This document shows, in pieces, positions 40,129 through 50,513 of a stretch of 64,000 nt of DNA; the first letter of the stretch is position 1, and each line of letters starts with the position of its first letter. Source of the DNA: an uncultured Nitrososphaerota archaeon (GTDB lineage: Archaea > Thermoproteota > EX4484-205 > JAAOZP01). Made by a program: the position numbers and the translations under genes. The stretch covers positions 128,001-192,000 of the forward strand of contig CAYQCW010000001.1 in the NCBI GenBank assembly GCA_964416155.1. The letters run 5' to 3'. The notes below the pieces were generated by a model that was not told the origin of the DNA, did not search any database, and saw only the letters and a list, made by a program, of their open reading frames with translations.

Positions 40129-40485
40129 ATGCTGCCGGCGGATGTTCCAGTAATCCTCTTCAGCACAACGCAGTCCCTAACACTATTCTGGGCAATGGAT
40201 AAGGCGACCAGAATAGTTTTAAACAGGGTTAAAACTAAGAATTATGAGTTCTCAGTAAGGGGGCTTAGAATCCACCACTGGTTGATTGGAGCAATAGTTG
40301 CTGTGCTCGGCGTATTAACCTTTTCAGTCCAAAACCTGATGATGATCATGTATGAGACCGGCCTTGCCAGCATCCCTTGGAAGCTTGGTTCAAGCACTGT
40401 AACCGTAGGATTCAGGATTTTCCTAGACGATTTAAAGGATTTGAAGAGGCAGTTTAAGGGCTTCATCAGGATGATAAAAAGATAA
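40129..40485 (+). CDS. Small hypothetical membrane protein (IHHW motif)
   Basis: Hydrophobic segments, GLRIHHWLIG; ATG 40129 follows TTTTTAA TATA. Confidence 0.55.
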   Translation: MLPADVPVILFSTTQSLTLFWAMDKATRIVLNRVKTKNYEFSVRGLRIHHWLIGAIVAVLGVLTFSVQNLMMIMYETGLASIPWKLGSSTVTVGFRIFLDDLKDLKRQFKGFIRMIKR

Positions 40486-40493
40486 ATCAGACT

Positions 40494-41471
40494 GTGCTGC
40501 GAGTTTTTAACAGGTTGAGCGTAGTGCTTGGAGTGGATCTTGGAGCATCCAACGTCAGGGTTGCTTTATCAGACGCAAATGGAAGGATTCTTCTGAAAAA
40601 ATCAGAGAGAACAACGGGTGTAACAGGATTGGATATTGTGAGGCAGATCGTTGAAATGGGTAGAAGTGCTCTTGACTCTCTAGGTTTTACGGATAAAAAC
40701 CTGAAAGCAGTTGGAGTTGGGTCAATAGGCCCACTTGACTTGAAGAAAGGCCTGATCGCCAACCCTCCCAATCTGCGGGTGGGCATAATTCCCATTGTGG
40801 AAGGTATTGAAAAATATTTTAACGTGCCTGTTAGACTTTTGAACGATTGTGTAGCGGCCGTATTAGGGGAAAAAAGATTTGGAGCCGGCAGGAATCTTGA
40901 AAACATTGTTTACGTTACGATAAGCACCGGGATAGGTGGTGGAGCATTAGTCGACGGGCATCTCCTGCTTGGAAAAGATGGTAATGCACATGAGGTTGGC
41001 CACATAGTGGTGGATAAGGAGGGGATTCTCGAATGCGGATGCGGAAAGCCGGGACATTGGGAAGCGTATTGCAGCGGAAGCGGAATGTTAAATTATGCTA
41101 GGCTACTCTTAAAAGAATGGGGTGTAGATTTCAGTAAGAGCTCCCTTAGAAAATATTTTCAAGATGATTTTTCAAAGACTACTTCCAAAATGCTTTTCGA
41201 TGCAGCCAGGGAAGGCGACGAATTGGCACTTAGGATCATTGAGAGAATTGGATTACTTAATGCGATTGGCTTCGCAAACATTATAAACGCATATGATCCT
41301 GAGCTGATAACAGTCGGCGGCTCAGTCGCTCTTTTCAACAGTGAACTTGTACTTGACCCAGTGAAGAAAAACGTTTCGAAGTATGCTATGAACAGATTGC
41401 CGGAAATAAAGATAACCCCGCTTGGGGAAGACGTGGTTCTCTACGGTGCTTTGGCTGCTGCACTAGAATGA
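40494..41471 (+). CDS. ROK family sugar kinase (glucokinase-like)
   Basis: GVDLGAS, NDCVAA, STGIGGG, EVGH..CGCGKPGHWEAYCSG; no HTH. Confidence 0.92.
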   Translation: MLRVFNRLSVVLGVDLGASNVRVALSDANGRILLKKSERTTGVTGLDIVRQIVEMGRSALDSLGFTDKNLKAVGVGSIGPLDLKKGLIANPPNLRVGIIPIVEGIEKYFNVPVRLLNDCVAAVLGEKRFGAGRNLENIVYVTISTGIGGGALVDGHLLLGKDGNAHEVGHIVVDKEGILECGCGKPGHWEAYCSGSGMLNYARLLLKEWGVDFSKSSLRKYFQDDFSKTTSKMLFDAAREGDELALRIIERIGLLNAIGFANIINAYDPELITVGGSVALFNSELVLDPVKKNVSKYAMNRLPEIKITPLGEDVVLYGALAAALE

Positions 41472-41474
41472 ATC

Positions 41475-43001
41475 TTAACCAGGTTTCTTCGTCAGAAACC
41501 AGTTTAAAATATTTTTAAACATCTCGCGGGACTCGTGATCCATCAGACACAGGGTGGTGAAATAAACAATTATGCCCACTAGGATGACGGGCATCAAGGA
41601 TGTTAATACAATCAATATCTGTTCGCTTTTAGCCGATTCAGGATATAGCACCAGGAGCACGCTTGCCATGACTATTCCTGAGACAAACAGTTTAAACATC
41701 CTCCTGAAATCTAAACTGAAGTAGGCAAGCCGCTTAGAAAGCCGTAAATAATAAAGCATTATGGAGAGGTTAACCAGCAAGAGGCATAAAGCTGCAGACA
41801 TGGAGAATAAAATAAACGGGCTCTCAAAATTTTTCAACATCTCAGCCACAATCGCGGTTACTGTTACATATACAATTGAACCGGAAAGGTCGATGAGGGG
41901 GATTCTTATGAGATATGAGTCAACTAGTTTTTTCCACGAGGCGTTCTCATTAACATCAATCTTTTCAACGCCCAATATGACTGTTGAGAAAAAACTTTTC
42001 ATCACAGCAATCGCAGAACATAAAACCATCACTCTAAGAACATTATGCACAGGCGCGTAGCCCTCTCTTAAAAGATATAGTAGAGGCTCCGCAAGAATCA
42101 ACTGTCCGAGTGTCATGGGTATCAGGAAGAGCAGCACTAGCTCCAGCGACTCCTCAATATCCCTACCTGTTCCGCCGGAAAGTAGTTTGGGATACAGCCC
42201 TATCGCCAGAGACCCTGCGAAAAGTATTACTCCAGCGAAAATGTTTGCAGCCCTGATGTATGCTACTGGAAGCAGAGAACCTGTTAACAGCGTTAAGACG
42301 AGAGCATCTTGAGAATATACTATTCCGGGAGCGATTGACGCAAGAGGTATCCAGCTTATTTTAAACCATCGACCCACTTCATCCGGCAGGAATGAACCCT
42401 TAAGATGCTTCGACAGCCTCAGCGAGTAATATAGTGCCTGAACTATTAAAGCCAAGTCTACTGAAAGAACAGCTCCGAAAAGGGATAGCCTGAAGTATCC
42501 GACTAATGTTGCTCCGATAACTACCTTAGATGCTTCGAAAAAAACAGTTCCATATCCTACTATATGAGGTTCAACCCCATGGCATACTGATTCCAAGCTT
42601 GACGTGTGATGTACCACTATGATCCACATTATGAATGCTAGGATCGTCGGCAGGTCGATGCTTACGCTTGATGTGAAAACCGGAGACAAGACGGTGAAGA
42701 ATGTCGCGGAAACCAGCGAAACCATGCTGTTGAATAGGACTCCTGATTTCGCAACCGGTTTCCCTCTCCCCGTAAATCTCGTAAGCCAGTAGTTTGCGAT
42801 ACTTGAAGGTATTGTGAAATAGCTTAACAGGCTTGCGTAGAACTGCCAGGTTCCGAACAGCTCTTCGGTAAGCCTTCTAGTTACAAGCATTGTAAACAAT
42901 AAGCCTGTTAGGACTGAAATCATCCTTGAGGCGAAGTTTACCAGCCCAGAGTACTTGAGCCTAATGCCGTTCACATCGGTTTCAAAACGTCCCATACGCA
43001 T
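41475..43001 (-). CDS. Polysaccharide biosynthesis flippase (MOP/Wzx-like)
   Basis: Many TM helices over 508 aa, TRRLTEELFGTW motif. Confidence 0.7.
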   Translation of the reverse strand: MRMGRFETDVNGIRLKYSGLVNFASRMISVLTGLLFTMLVTRRLTEELFGTWQFYASLLSYFTIPSSIANYWLTRFTGRGKPVAKSGVLFNSMVSLVSATFFTVLSPVFTSSVSIDLPTILAFIMWIIVVHHTSSLESVCHGVEPHIVGYGTVFFEASKVVIGATLVGYFRLSLFGAVLSVDLALIVQALYYSLRLSKHLKGSFLPDEVGRWFKISWIPLASIAPGIVYSQDALVLTLLTGSLLPVAYIRAANIFAGVILFAGSLAIGLYPKLLSGGTGRDIEESLELVLLFLIPMTLGQLILAEPLLYLLREGYAPVHNVLRVMVLCSAIAVMKSFFSTVILGVEKIDVNENASWKKLVDSYLIRIPLIDLSGSIVYVTVTAIVAEMLKNFESPFILFSMSAALCLLLVNLSIMLYYLRLSKRLAYFSLDFRRMFKLFVSGIVMASVLLVLYPESAKSEQILIVLTSLMPVILVGIIVYFTTLCLMDHESREMFKNILNWFLTKKPG

Positions 43002-43223
43002 TTAAAAACTATTCTGACACCCTGCTGAAGCCAAGATGCTCATCGTCTCCATGGGCTTATCTCGCCGGATTCAGCGCTTTATAAAACATCCCTCGGCCTA
43101 CTAGTAAGTATTTCTTTCATGCTCATCCTCGTTTTCTGCTATAGATTCCAATAGGTCAAAGCACATGTTAAAAACGCGAGCATTCCTGCATTCTTGATTC
43201 TGAAAACTCGACGCACGCATCAT

Positions 43224-44027
43224 TCAATAGCAGAAAACCAGCTCCAAACCGATTTTCTTAGAAGCTTCAAAGACTTTCTTCTTAACTTCATCATAATAAG
43301 AGGATTCTGAAAAGAATATTTTTCTCCATTCATCGTATAGCTCCGGATATTTTTCCAAAACAACTTTTGAAACCATGCTCCAAACCATTGGCCTCAGGTT
43401 GAGCCTGTCAACATAAACATAGTCCGCCCCCGCCTTTCTAAACCTTGTCAAAAAACCCTCTAAATCGGTTTCTGAAAGAAAAGGAAGTATTGGTCCGAAG
43501 AAAACAAACGTTCTCAAACCGCTCTCTTTGGAAAGTCTTATTGCTTCAAGCCTGTCCTCAGGACGTGAAGAAGCCGGCTCGAAAACCCTTCTGACCTCCT
43601 CGTCCAACGTGACCACCGTAACCCCAACCTCATTAAGCTTGTTCCTCTTCAAAACATCCAGGTCTCTCACGACAAGGTTCGACTTGGTTTGAACAATCAC
43701 GGGAAACCTTTTTTGAACAAGCGTCTCAAGAATTTTCCGTGTCAACTCGTATTTCTTCTCAACCGGTTGATAAGGATCGGTGAGTGAACTCAAATATACT
43801 TTTCCAGTCTTCTTCCTCTCAACCTGCCTTGAAAGGACTTTCAAGGCATTAGTCTTAACGTCGAGAAACTCACCCCACTCTTCCCTACTTCTCCTAAACC
43901 TAAAGGTTATTCCTGCAGCATAGCAGTATCTACATCCATGCTGACAGCCTACGTACGGGTTTACACAGTAGTCTGCAATCGCACTCCTATTCAGCAGTGT
44001 CTTACACTCAACCTCCCTGATTTTCAC
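43224..44027 (-). CDS. Radical SAM protein (SplB/Rv2578c-like)
   Basis: NPYVGCQHGCRYCYA, SSLTDPYQPVE, QTKS. Confidence 0.92.
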   Translation of the reverse strand: MKIREVECKTLLNRSAIADYCVNPYVGCQHGCRYCYAAGITFRFRRSREEWGEFLDVKTNALKVLSRQVERKKTGKVYLSSLTDPYQPVEKKYELTRKILETLVQKRFPVIVQTKSNLVVRDLDVLKRNKLNEVGVTVVTLDEEVRRVFEPASSRPEDRLEAIRLSKESGLRTFVFFGPILPFLSETDLEGFLTRFRKAGADYVYVDRLNLRPMVWSMVSKVVLEKYPELYDEWRKIFFSESSYYDEVKKKVFEASKKIGLELVFCY

Positions 44028-44086
44028 AGGACAATTCGAAAGGCCGTCTAAATCCTAATAAGCTTTTTATAAAAAATTTCATGGCT

Positions 44087-45154
44087 TTAATAGACAGGTC
44101 TGTTTCCAAGGAAATCAGGGTCGAGAACCCTACCTGCTAGCAGGCTTAACCCCAGAACCCTCGTCAAAGCGAATGAAACAGGGATTCGCCTCATGATGTT
44201 GAAAAGCATCCTCATCTTGAGCCCTTTTCTCAACGCCCCGCCAATGGTTTTTCTCCAGACAGAATCATATGTTTCAGTCAAGAAGCCTTCGTCGAAAAGG
44301 TTTCTTTCAAGGGCGGCTACGCAAGCATCCCCAGCGATTCTGCTGCATATCCTGCTGTAGACAAGACCGCCTAACGAAAAGGGCTTGACTTGACACGCAG
44401 CGTCCCCGACTAGAATAACCCCGCGGGCGGAGGTCCTGCTCATTATTCCGAATCTTATAGAGTCTCCCATAAACCCGTAGCAACTAGACTCCATGTTCAG
44501 CCTCTTTAAGAGCAGCCTGAGCCTCGGCCAAGGATTACCACTGGTTAAAAGCCCCACTCTAGCCTTGCTCCTGCTTAAAGGTACAATCCAGGCGAAAACA
44601 TCCTTAGAAAACTCTGATTCAAACCTCAGCTCAACAACATTCTGTTCAAAAACGCCGTTGGCCACGCATTGAAGCGCGAAGAGAAGGTTATCAGGATGCT
44701 TCAAACCAGCCAGTCTTGCGACGATAGAGTTAGGCCCGTCGGCTCCGACGAGGATTCTTCCAGAGTAGCGACCCCCCTTACTCGTGACCACGCATCCTTC
44801 CTTCAGCCCCACAACCCTCTCTCCCAGCCTAATCTCAACCCCCTCCCCTAAAGCGTTTTCAGCAAGATGCTTATCGTAGCCAGCCCTATCTATCACAAGC
44901 ATGTCTTTTTTAGAGTATATTTCAAAACTCTCCTTCCCGAGGCGGAACCTAGCGGTGTCAACACCGTTTAAAATAAGGTGTGGAGGAAGCCTGCCTATCC
45001 TACAGCTGACTAGCCCTGTGCACTGCTCAGGCCTACCTATCTCACTATGCTCCTCAAGAATTATGGTTTTAAAACCCTTCTTACAGACTAATGAGCCTGT
45101 TGAAAGACCAGAGGGCCCGCCTCCAACTATCAAAGCATCGCAGCGAAGCCTCAT
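44087..45154 (-). CDS. Geranylgeranyl reductase family flavoprotein
   Basis: GGGPSG, PEQCTG, GADG, FAWIVP, VGDAACQVKPFSLGG. Confidence 0.85.
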   Translation of the reverse strand: MRLRCDALIVGGGPSGLSTGSLVCKKGFKTIILEEHSEIGRPEQCTGLVSCRIGRLPPHLILNGVDTARFRLGKESFEIYSKKDMLVIDRAGYDKHLAENALGEGVEIRLGERVVGLKEGCVVTSKGGRYSGRILVGADGPNSIVARLAGLKHPDNLLFALQCVANGVFEQNVVELRFESEFSKDVFAWIVPLSRSKARVGLLTSGNPWPRLRLLLKRLNMESSCYGFMGDSIRFGIMSRTSARGVILVGDAACQVKPFSLGGLVYSRICSRIAGDACVAALERNLFDEGFLTETYDSVWRKTIGGALRKGLKMRMLFNIMRRIPVSFALTRVLGLSLLAGRVLDPDFLGNRPVY

Positions 45155-45163
45155 TAACCCTTC

Positions 45164-45373
45164 TCATTCCTCTGTAACCAGCCCTTTATCCTTAAGTCTT
45201 TTCAAAACCGCGTCGAGCTCCCACAGGTGGCAGGGGATGGACCTCCAGATTTTAGACAAGGGCATACGCTTCCCGCTTTTCAACGTCTCGTATACCTTTT
45301 TCTCAAGCTCTTCAAGATCAGCCTTCTCAAGCAAGTATTCATGTGGTCCAAGGACAACCCATTCTTCAACCAT
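45164..45373 (-). CDS. Small winged-helix protein
   Basis: LEKKVYETLK..MPLSKIW..ELDAVLKRLKDKGLV; directly upstream of the GGR gene. Confidence 0.6.
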   Translation of the reverse strand: MVEEWVVLGPHEYLLEKADLEELEKKVYETLKSGKRMPLSKIWRSIPCHLWELDAVLKRLKDKGLVTEE

Positions 45374-45472
45374 CCTGAGATTTCAGCTGGGAGGCAGTAT
45401 ATTGGTTTTATGCTCGAGTAATCATAGCCGTATAGAATAGCTTAAATACAGGAGCCGCTTACGAGACCCGAA

Positions 45473-46657
45473 ATGTCGGGAAAAGTTGTTTCCACATACT
45501 CAGGCGGCTTGGACTCCACACTAATAACGATACTGTTGAAAGAGAAGTATGGCTATGATGAAGTGATTCCTGTTCTTGTCGACGTTGGCCAAGGGGAAGA
45601 GGAGATCAGGATCGCGTATGAAAGAGCTGAGAAGCTGGGTTTAAATATACGTTTCATAGATGCTAGGCACGAGTTCGCCACCGAATACATATTCAGATGC
45701 ATCAAGGCTAATGGGAGCTATGGGGGTTATCCGGTTGGAACCTCTATGACTAGGGTTCTGATAGCTTCGAAGGCTGCTGAAATAGCTAAGAAAGAGGGGG
45801 CTGAGGGTGTTGCACATGGTTGCACAGGAAAGGGTAATGACCAGTTCAGGATGGAGGTCGCGGTTAAATACGTGGATCCAAACCTGAAGGTGATAGCACC
45901 AGTTAGAGAGCTGAACCTCTCAAGGTTCGAGGAGGAGGAACTCCTTAGGAAACACGGTATTGAGCCTAAGAAGCCTAAGGGAAAGCTTGGCGGAGACGTA
46001 AACATGTGGTCGCACTCTATTGGGAGTGGTCAGGTTGAAGACCTTTACACGCAGTACCCTGAGGACTATATTTGGGCCGTTCACCCTGAGAAGGCACCAG
46101 ACACACCGCAGAAGATTCAAATAACTTATGAGAAAGGCGTCCCTGTCGAAGTAGACGGGGTAAGAGACCCGGTTGAAATAATATTCTATCTGAACCGGGT
46201 TGGCGGGCAGCACGGCGTCGGGAGAATAGATATAATCGAAGATGGGATGCTGTCTTTAAAATCAAGAGAGCTTTACGAGGCCCCGGCTGCAACAATACTC
46301 TTAAACACCCATGCAAACCTTGAACAGTTAACCCTTACGAAGGAGCAATTGAAAGTTAAGAGGGAGATAGACAAAATTTGGGCTGAAATAGTTTACCACG
46401 GAATGTGGTTCCACCCGTTGAGGAGGGATCTAGATGCCTTCATAGATTCTACGCAAAAATATGTTTCCGGGAGGCTTGATGTAAAGCTTTACAAGGGGAA
46501 CGTGGAGGTTGTTGGAAGAGAGTCTAAACACAGTCTCTTCTCACCAGAGTTAAGATCTATTAAGAAGGCCGGCTTCGACCAGAGAGATGCTACGGGAGCG
46601 GTTAAGCTCTACGCTTTACCATATCAGCTTTATGGTAAGAGGGAGCAGGAGAAGTAG
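45473..46657 (+). CDS. argG: Argininosuccinate synthase
   Basis: YSGGLDS, HGCTGKGNDQ, GRIDIIE, KSRELYEAP. Confidence 0.96.
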   Translation: MSGKVVSTYSGGLDSTLITILLKEKYGYDEVIPVLVDVGQGEEEIRIAYERAEKLGLNIRFIDARHEFATEYIFRCIKANGSYGGYPVGTSMTRVLIASKAAEIAKKEGAEGVAHGCTGKGNDQFRMEVAVKYVDPNLKVIAPVRELNLSRFEEEELLRKHGIEPKKPKGKLGGDVNMWSHSIGSGQVEDLYTQYPEDYIWAVHPEKAPDTPQKIQITYEKGVPVEVDGVRDPVEIIFYLNRVGGQHGVGRIDIIEDGMLSLKSRELYEAPAATILLNTHANLEQLTLTKEQLKVKREIDKIWAEIVYHGMWFHPLRRDLDAFIDSTQKYVSGRLDVKLYKGNVEVVGRESKHSLFSPELRSIKKAGFDQRDATGAVKLYALPYQLYGKREQEK

Positions 46658-46752
46658 GCCGTCTAAACGCTTTTTTCAGTAATAGAGGGCTGACTTATAA
46701 GGATTTATCCCAGGAAATTTTTTTAGGAAGCGTTTGAATGACTTAAGCCAGA

Positions 46753-47952
46753 ATGACTCAGGAAACGGTGGTGATCTACTCTAAACACCGGCTTGCAGTA
46801 TTCATAATGATTAGCTTTATAGCTGTTGGACTGATAGTGTCGTTACTCCTCCTTTATTCAGAGTTAACCCAGCTTAACGATAAGGTTGAAAGCCTAGAGT
46901 TCGCGGTGAAACGGTTAAGCGAGGATGTTAGCAGAATTAAGGATGCTCAGCTAAGCCAAAGCATAGTCTACTTTAACGTAAGCTTCACCGAACTCTATGA
47001 GAAAACCATCAGAGGCGTAGTAATGGTGACGGGCTTAGCCCAGTCTTTTTCAAGCGAGGATGTTGGCCTCGGCTCAGGCTTCGTAGTGAAACATGGTGCA
47101 TCATACTACATTTTAACGAACTACCACGTGGTGAGGGGCGCGAGCAATCTTACAGTAACGTTCTACAACAGGGAAAGCTATCCAGCTCAAGTAGTGGGCA
47201 CCGACCCCTATAGCGACCTAGCCGTGTTGAATTGCACTGCCCCTTTTGAGCTCTACCATCCTCTAAACATTACTTTCAGCAGCAGCCTGAGAGTCGGGGA
47301 CCTGGTGATAGCAATAGGGAACCCGTTTGGACTAACAGGCACCATGACGACAGGCGTTGTCAGCCAGCTTGGCAGAACAATAACAAGCGAGTTCACAGGG
47401 GGCTATGCTATAGCGAACATTATTCAGACAAGCGCGCCGATAAACCCGGGTAACTCTGGGGGACCGTTGCTTAACGCTAAGGGCGAGGTGGTCGGGATGA
47501 ACACCGCTATAATAAGAGACAGTCAGGGCGTGGGCTTCGCAATCCCGTCTAACACGATTTTGAGAGAACTGCCATACTTGGTGACGACAGGTGGCTACGA
47601 TATGCATCCGTGGCTTGGCTTAAGAGGGATTAATGTGAACTACTATATTGCTAGGGCAGTAGGGTTGAACGTTACATACGGCTGGCTTATTCAAGAAGTT
47701 GTTCCCGAAGGCCCATCGTATAAGGCTGGTCTGAAGGGAGGAACCAAGACCATGACTGTTCTAGGAACCGAGATAAAAGTTGGCGGGGACCTGATAATTT
47801 CTATAGATGAGCATCCAGTTAAGAATAGTGATGACATCGCCAAGATACTGCAGGAATACACTTACCCGGGCAAGACGGTTAACCTGACGATTATCAGGGA
47901 GGGCTGGAAGCTGGTTGTACCGGTGACTCTTGGAAAAAGACCCCCGCCTTAG
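46753..47952 (+). CDS. htrA: Membrane-anchored HtrA/DegP-type serine protease with PDZ domain
   Basis: GSGF, TNYHVV, DLAV, INPGNSGGPL, C-terminal PDZ, N-terminal TM + coiled coil. Confidence 0.92.
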   Translation: MTQETVVIYSKHRLAVFIMISFIAVGLIVSLLLLYSELTQLNDKVESLEFAVKRLSEDVSRIKDAQLSQSIVYFNVSFTELYEKTIRGVVMVTGLAQSFSSEDVGLGSGFVVKHGASYYILTNYHVVRGASNLTVTFYNRESYPAQVVGTDPYSDLAVLNCTAPFELYHPLNITFSSSLRVGDLVIAIGNPFGLTGTMTTGVVSQLGRTITSEFTGGYAIANIIQTSAPINPGNSGGPLLNAKGEVVGMNTAIIRDSQGVGFAIPSNTILRELPYLVTTGGYDMHPWLGLRGINVNYYIARAVGLNVTYGWLIQEVVPEGPSYKAGLKGGTKTMTVLGTEIKVGGDLIISIDEHPVKNSDDIAKILQEYTYPGKTVNLTIIREGWKLVVPVTLGKRPPP

Positions 47953-47957
47953 AACAG

Positions 47958-49106
47958 CTACTCTATAGTCTTGCTCCACATTTCCTTAGCAAGCCTACCC
48001 TCATACTTCATCAGGCTAAGCTTCTCCCTCGCGTCTTCACGCCTAGCACCATGCTTCTCAAGAAAACCCCCAACCTTCTCCATCAGTATCTCCTTTATCT
48101 CTCCGCTCAGCATCCTGCCTGAGGAGTACTCTTCCCTGATACTTCTAAGCTTCTCATCGTCCTCCTCGAAGAAGAATTGAAGCCACTGGTATGGCACATC
48201 CACATCCGGGTTTCCGCCAAGCCTCCTGTGCTCCTCAACCGTTGACTGTCCTCCTGAAAACGCTTGAAATATCTTCCTCCGGATGCTCTTCTCATCCTCG
48301 TTAAGATAGATGGCGCTCTCCGGCTGAGAGGCACTCATCTTGCCCGAGGGGCCGGTGAGAGGAGGGAGAAACTTGCAGTGGATAGCTGCAGTCTTATAGT
48401 AGCCGAAGCTCTCGGCAATATCCCTCTGAATCCTCCAATACGGGTCCTGGTCTATCGCAGCAGGTATTAAACACCGTCTCTTCTCGAAGAAAGTCACGCA
48501 TATTTGGAAAGCAGGGTAGAAGATCATCCCTATGTTCGTACTCGCGTCGAAACCGAACACGGCTCTAACCCAGCTGAAATTAACCTTCTTAGCGATCTTC
48601 AAAACCATAGGATACATGTTTCGCACATACTCCATGTCCTGGAATATGAAAGTCCTGTCAGGGTCGAACCCTACTGCAGCAATATCAAGCGCGTTCTCGT
48701 AGGACCATCTCCTAACGTCCTCAATAGTCAGATTCCTGCTTTCCTCTAGGAATTTCTCGTCGTCAGTCAACTCGATGTAAACGTTGCACCTAAACCTGTC
48801 TTGAAGCCATTTAGTGAAGTAGAAGGGAATTATGTGGCCCAGCGTCATGGGCCCGCTTGGACCCCTGCCGGTGTAGAGGAAGAAGCCTTTCCCCGTCTCA
48901 TAGTCGTCTAAAACCCTGTCAAGATCCCTGTGGGAGAAGAAGACACCCCGTCTCAGGAGAAGATGGTCTTCCCCGGCGAGCCTAACAAGCCTTTCTTTAA
49001 GCTGAGGAGTAAGAGTTTCGGTCCCAAAATCTCTCACGAGCTTCTCGTAGTCCACCACGCCTTCCACTGTCCATGGAGTAACCTTGAACTCGGCCTGCTG
49101 CCCCAT
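47958..49106 (-). CDS. trpS: Tryptophanyl-tRNA synthetase (archaeal/eukaryal type)
   Basis: VTPW, YTGRGPSG, AIDQDPY, KMSAS, AFSGG. Confidence 0.97.
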   Translation of the reverse strand: MGQQAEFKVTPWTVEGVVDYEKLVRDFGTETLTPQLKERLVRLAGEDHLLLRRGVFFSHRDLDRVLDDYETGKGFFLYTGRGPSGPMTLGHIIPFYFTKWLQDRFRCNVYIELTDDEKFLEESRNLTIEDVRRWSYENALDIAAVGFDPDRTFIFQDMEYVRNMYPMVLKIAKKVNFSWVRAVFGFDASTNIGMIFYPAFQICVTFFEKRRCLIPAAIDQDPYWRIQRDIAESFGYYKTAAIHCKFLPPLTGPSGKMSASQPESAIYLNEDEKSIRRKIFQAFSGGQSTVEEHRRLGGNPDVDVPYQWLQFFFEEDDEKLRSIREEYSSGRMLSGEIKEILMEKVGGFLEKHGARREDAREKLSLMKYEGRLAKEMWSKTIE

Positions 49107-49195
49107 TTCGCCGGAGAAACCCCTATGGGACTTTTTAAAGCTTGTAATAAAGGGCTTAAGTAACGTTTTTAACGTTGAGCCGAAACTAATTGACC

Positions 49196-49597
49196 ATGAA
49201 GTATAGGCTCATGGACCTGCTTGCCTGCCCAATAGACAAGGATTTCCCCTTGAAACTAATAGTTTTCCAAGAAGAAGAAAGAAGTATTGAGTTTAAGCAC
49301 GACAGCGTGATATGCGAGCTCTACTGCGGCTTAAACACAGCCCGCGTCAAAGACGCCGGCCTAAGCGCGGGGATATGTAACAAATGCATGAAAAGAGAGA
49401 TACTAAACGGTTTACTAATATGCTCTAAGTGTAACAGATGGTATCCGATCATTGACGAGATCCCCCAACTTCTTCCCGATGAATTAAGAGACTTGAAGGA
49501 AGACCTTTCCTTCCTAAGGAAATATGCTGAGAAGATTCCTAAAAACATACTTGAAGAAGGAAAGCCTTTCAACCTTGCAACATTACGCGAAAGTTAA
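49196..49597 (+). CDS. trm112: Trm112-like methyltransferase activator (long form with Cys-rich insert)
   Basis: LMDLLACPID..GLLICSKCNRWYPIIDEIPQLL. Confidence 0.85.
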   Translation: MKYRLMDLLACPIDKDFPLKLIVFQEEERSIEFKHDSVICELYCGLNTARVKDAGLSAGICNKCMKREILNGLLICSKCNRWYPIIDEIPQLLPDELRDLKEDLSFLRKYAEKIPKNILEEGKPFNLATLRES

Positions 49598-49737
49598 CCT
49601 TTTCACGCCGGTTCAGAATGTGCCAAATTAGCACGCTAATTGGTGAACCATATGGCTTTAACAAGAATTTCTACGGCCTCCTTCGTTAGGAGCTTCCGGT
49701 TTAACAAGGCAAGCCTAGTGTACAATGCGCACGCTGG

Positions 49738-50427
49738 CTAAACATTCCTGATCTCACAGACTTCGAAGAAACATTTCATCTCATCATGTATTTTTTCAAG
49801 CTCATCCGCTGGATAAACTTGCTTTTCCAGAAAAATCTTATCAAGGGTTTTAGTCGGCTTAAACTGCTGAATGAAAAATCTTCTCGCACCCTTAAGCCAC
49901 CTAGCTATGGCTAAAATATCCTCTCTCGTAAGAAGCTCGGGGACGACTGTTGTCCTAAACTCGTGCTCCGGGAAAGCCTTAATTATCTCAACGCTTTCAG
50001 CAATCCTACTACCGTCAACCGTAACCCTAACTACGCTCTCGTATTTTTCCAACGGTGCTTTAACATCCATAGCAATATAGTCGACAAGCCTTCCCCCTAT
50101 GAGCCTCCTAAGCGTTTCAGGGCTTGTTCCATTCGTATCCAGCTTAACAGAATATCCTAGATCCTTAACCCTCTTAATGAAGTTTGGAAGATCGTTGTGA
50201 AGCGTTGGCTCCCCGCCGGTTATGCATACCCCGTCCAGGAAACGTTTCCTCACCTCCAAGAAACGAAGCACGTCGCTCTCAGGGATCAACGGTGCTCCAT
50301 CATCTATAACCAGCTCGGGGTTATGGCAATACGGACAGCGAAAGTTGCAGCCGAACGTGAATAATGTGCATGCAACCCTACCCGGATAGTCTATCAGGCT
50401 TAGTTTCTGTATTCCTTTTATTATCAA
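49738..50427 (-). CDS. nrdG: Anaerobic ribonucleoside-triphosphate reductase activating protein (radical SAM); start probably TTG 50427
   Basis: SLIDYPG, GCNFRCPYCHN, ITGGEPT, KLDTNG, AMDVK, EFRTT. Confidence 0.85.
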   Translation of the reverse strand: MIIKGIQKLSLIDYPGRVACTLFTFGCNFRCPYCHNPELVIDDGAPLIPESDVLRFLEVRKRFLDGVCITGGEPTLHNDLPNFIKRVKDLGYSVKLDTNGTSPETLRRLIGGRLVDYIAMDVKAPLEKYESVVRVTVDGSRIAESVEIIKAFPEHEFRTTVVPELLTREDILAIARWLKGARRFFIQQFKPTKTLDKIFLEKQVYPADELEKIHDEMKCFFEVCEIRNV

Positions 50428-50513
50428 GCTCCGACTACCCGAGTTTTCAAAAACGGGGGATTTAAGGTTTATTTTAAAAATAGGAAAACTATCTGTTCCC
50501 ACATGTTTCAAAA

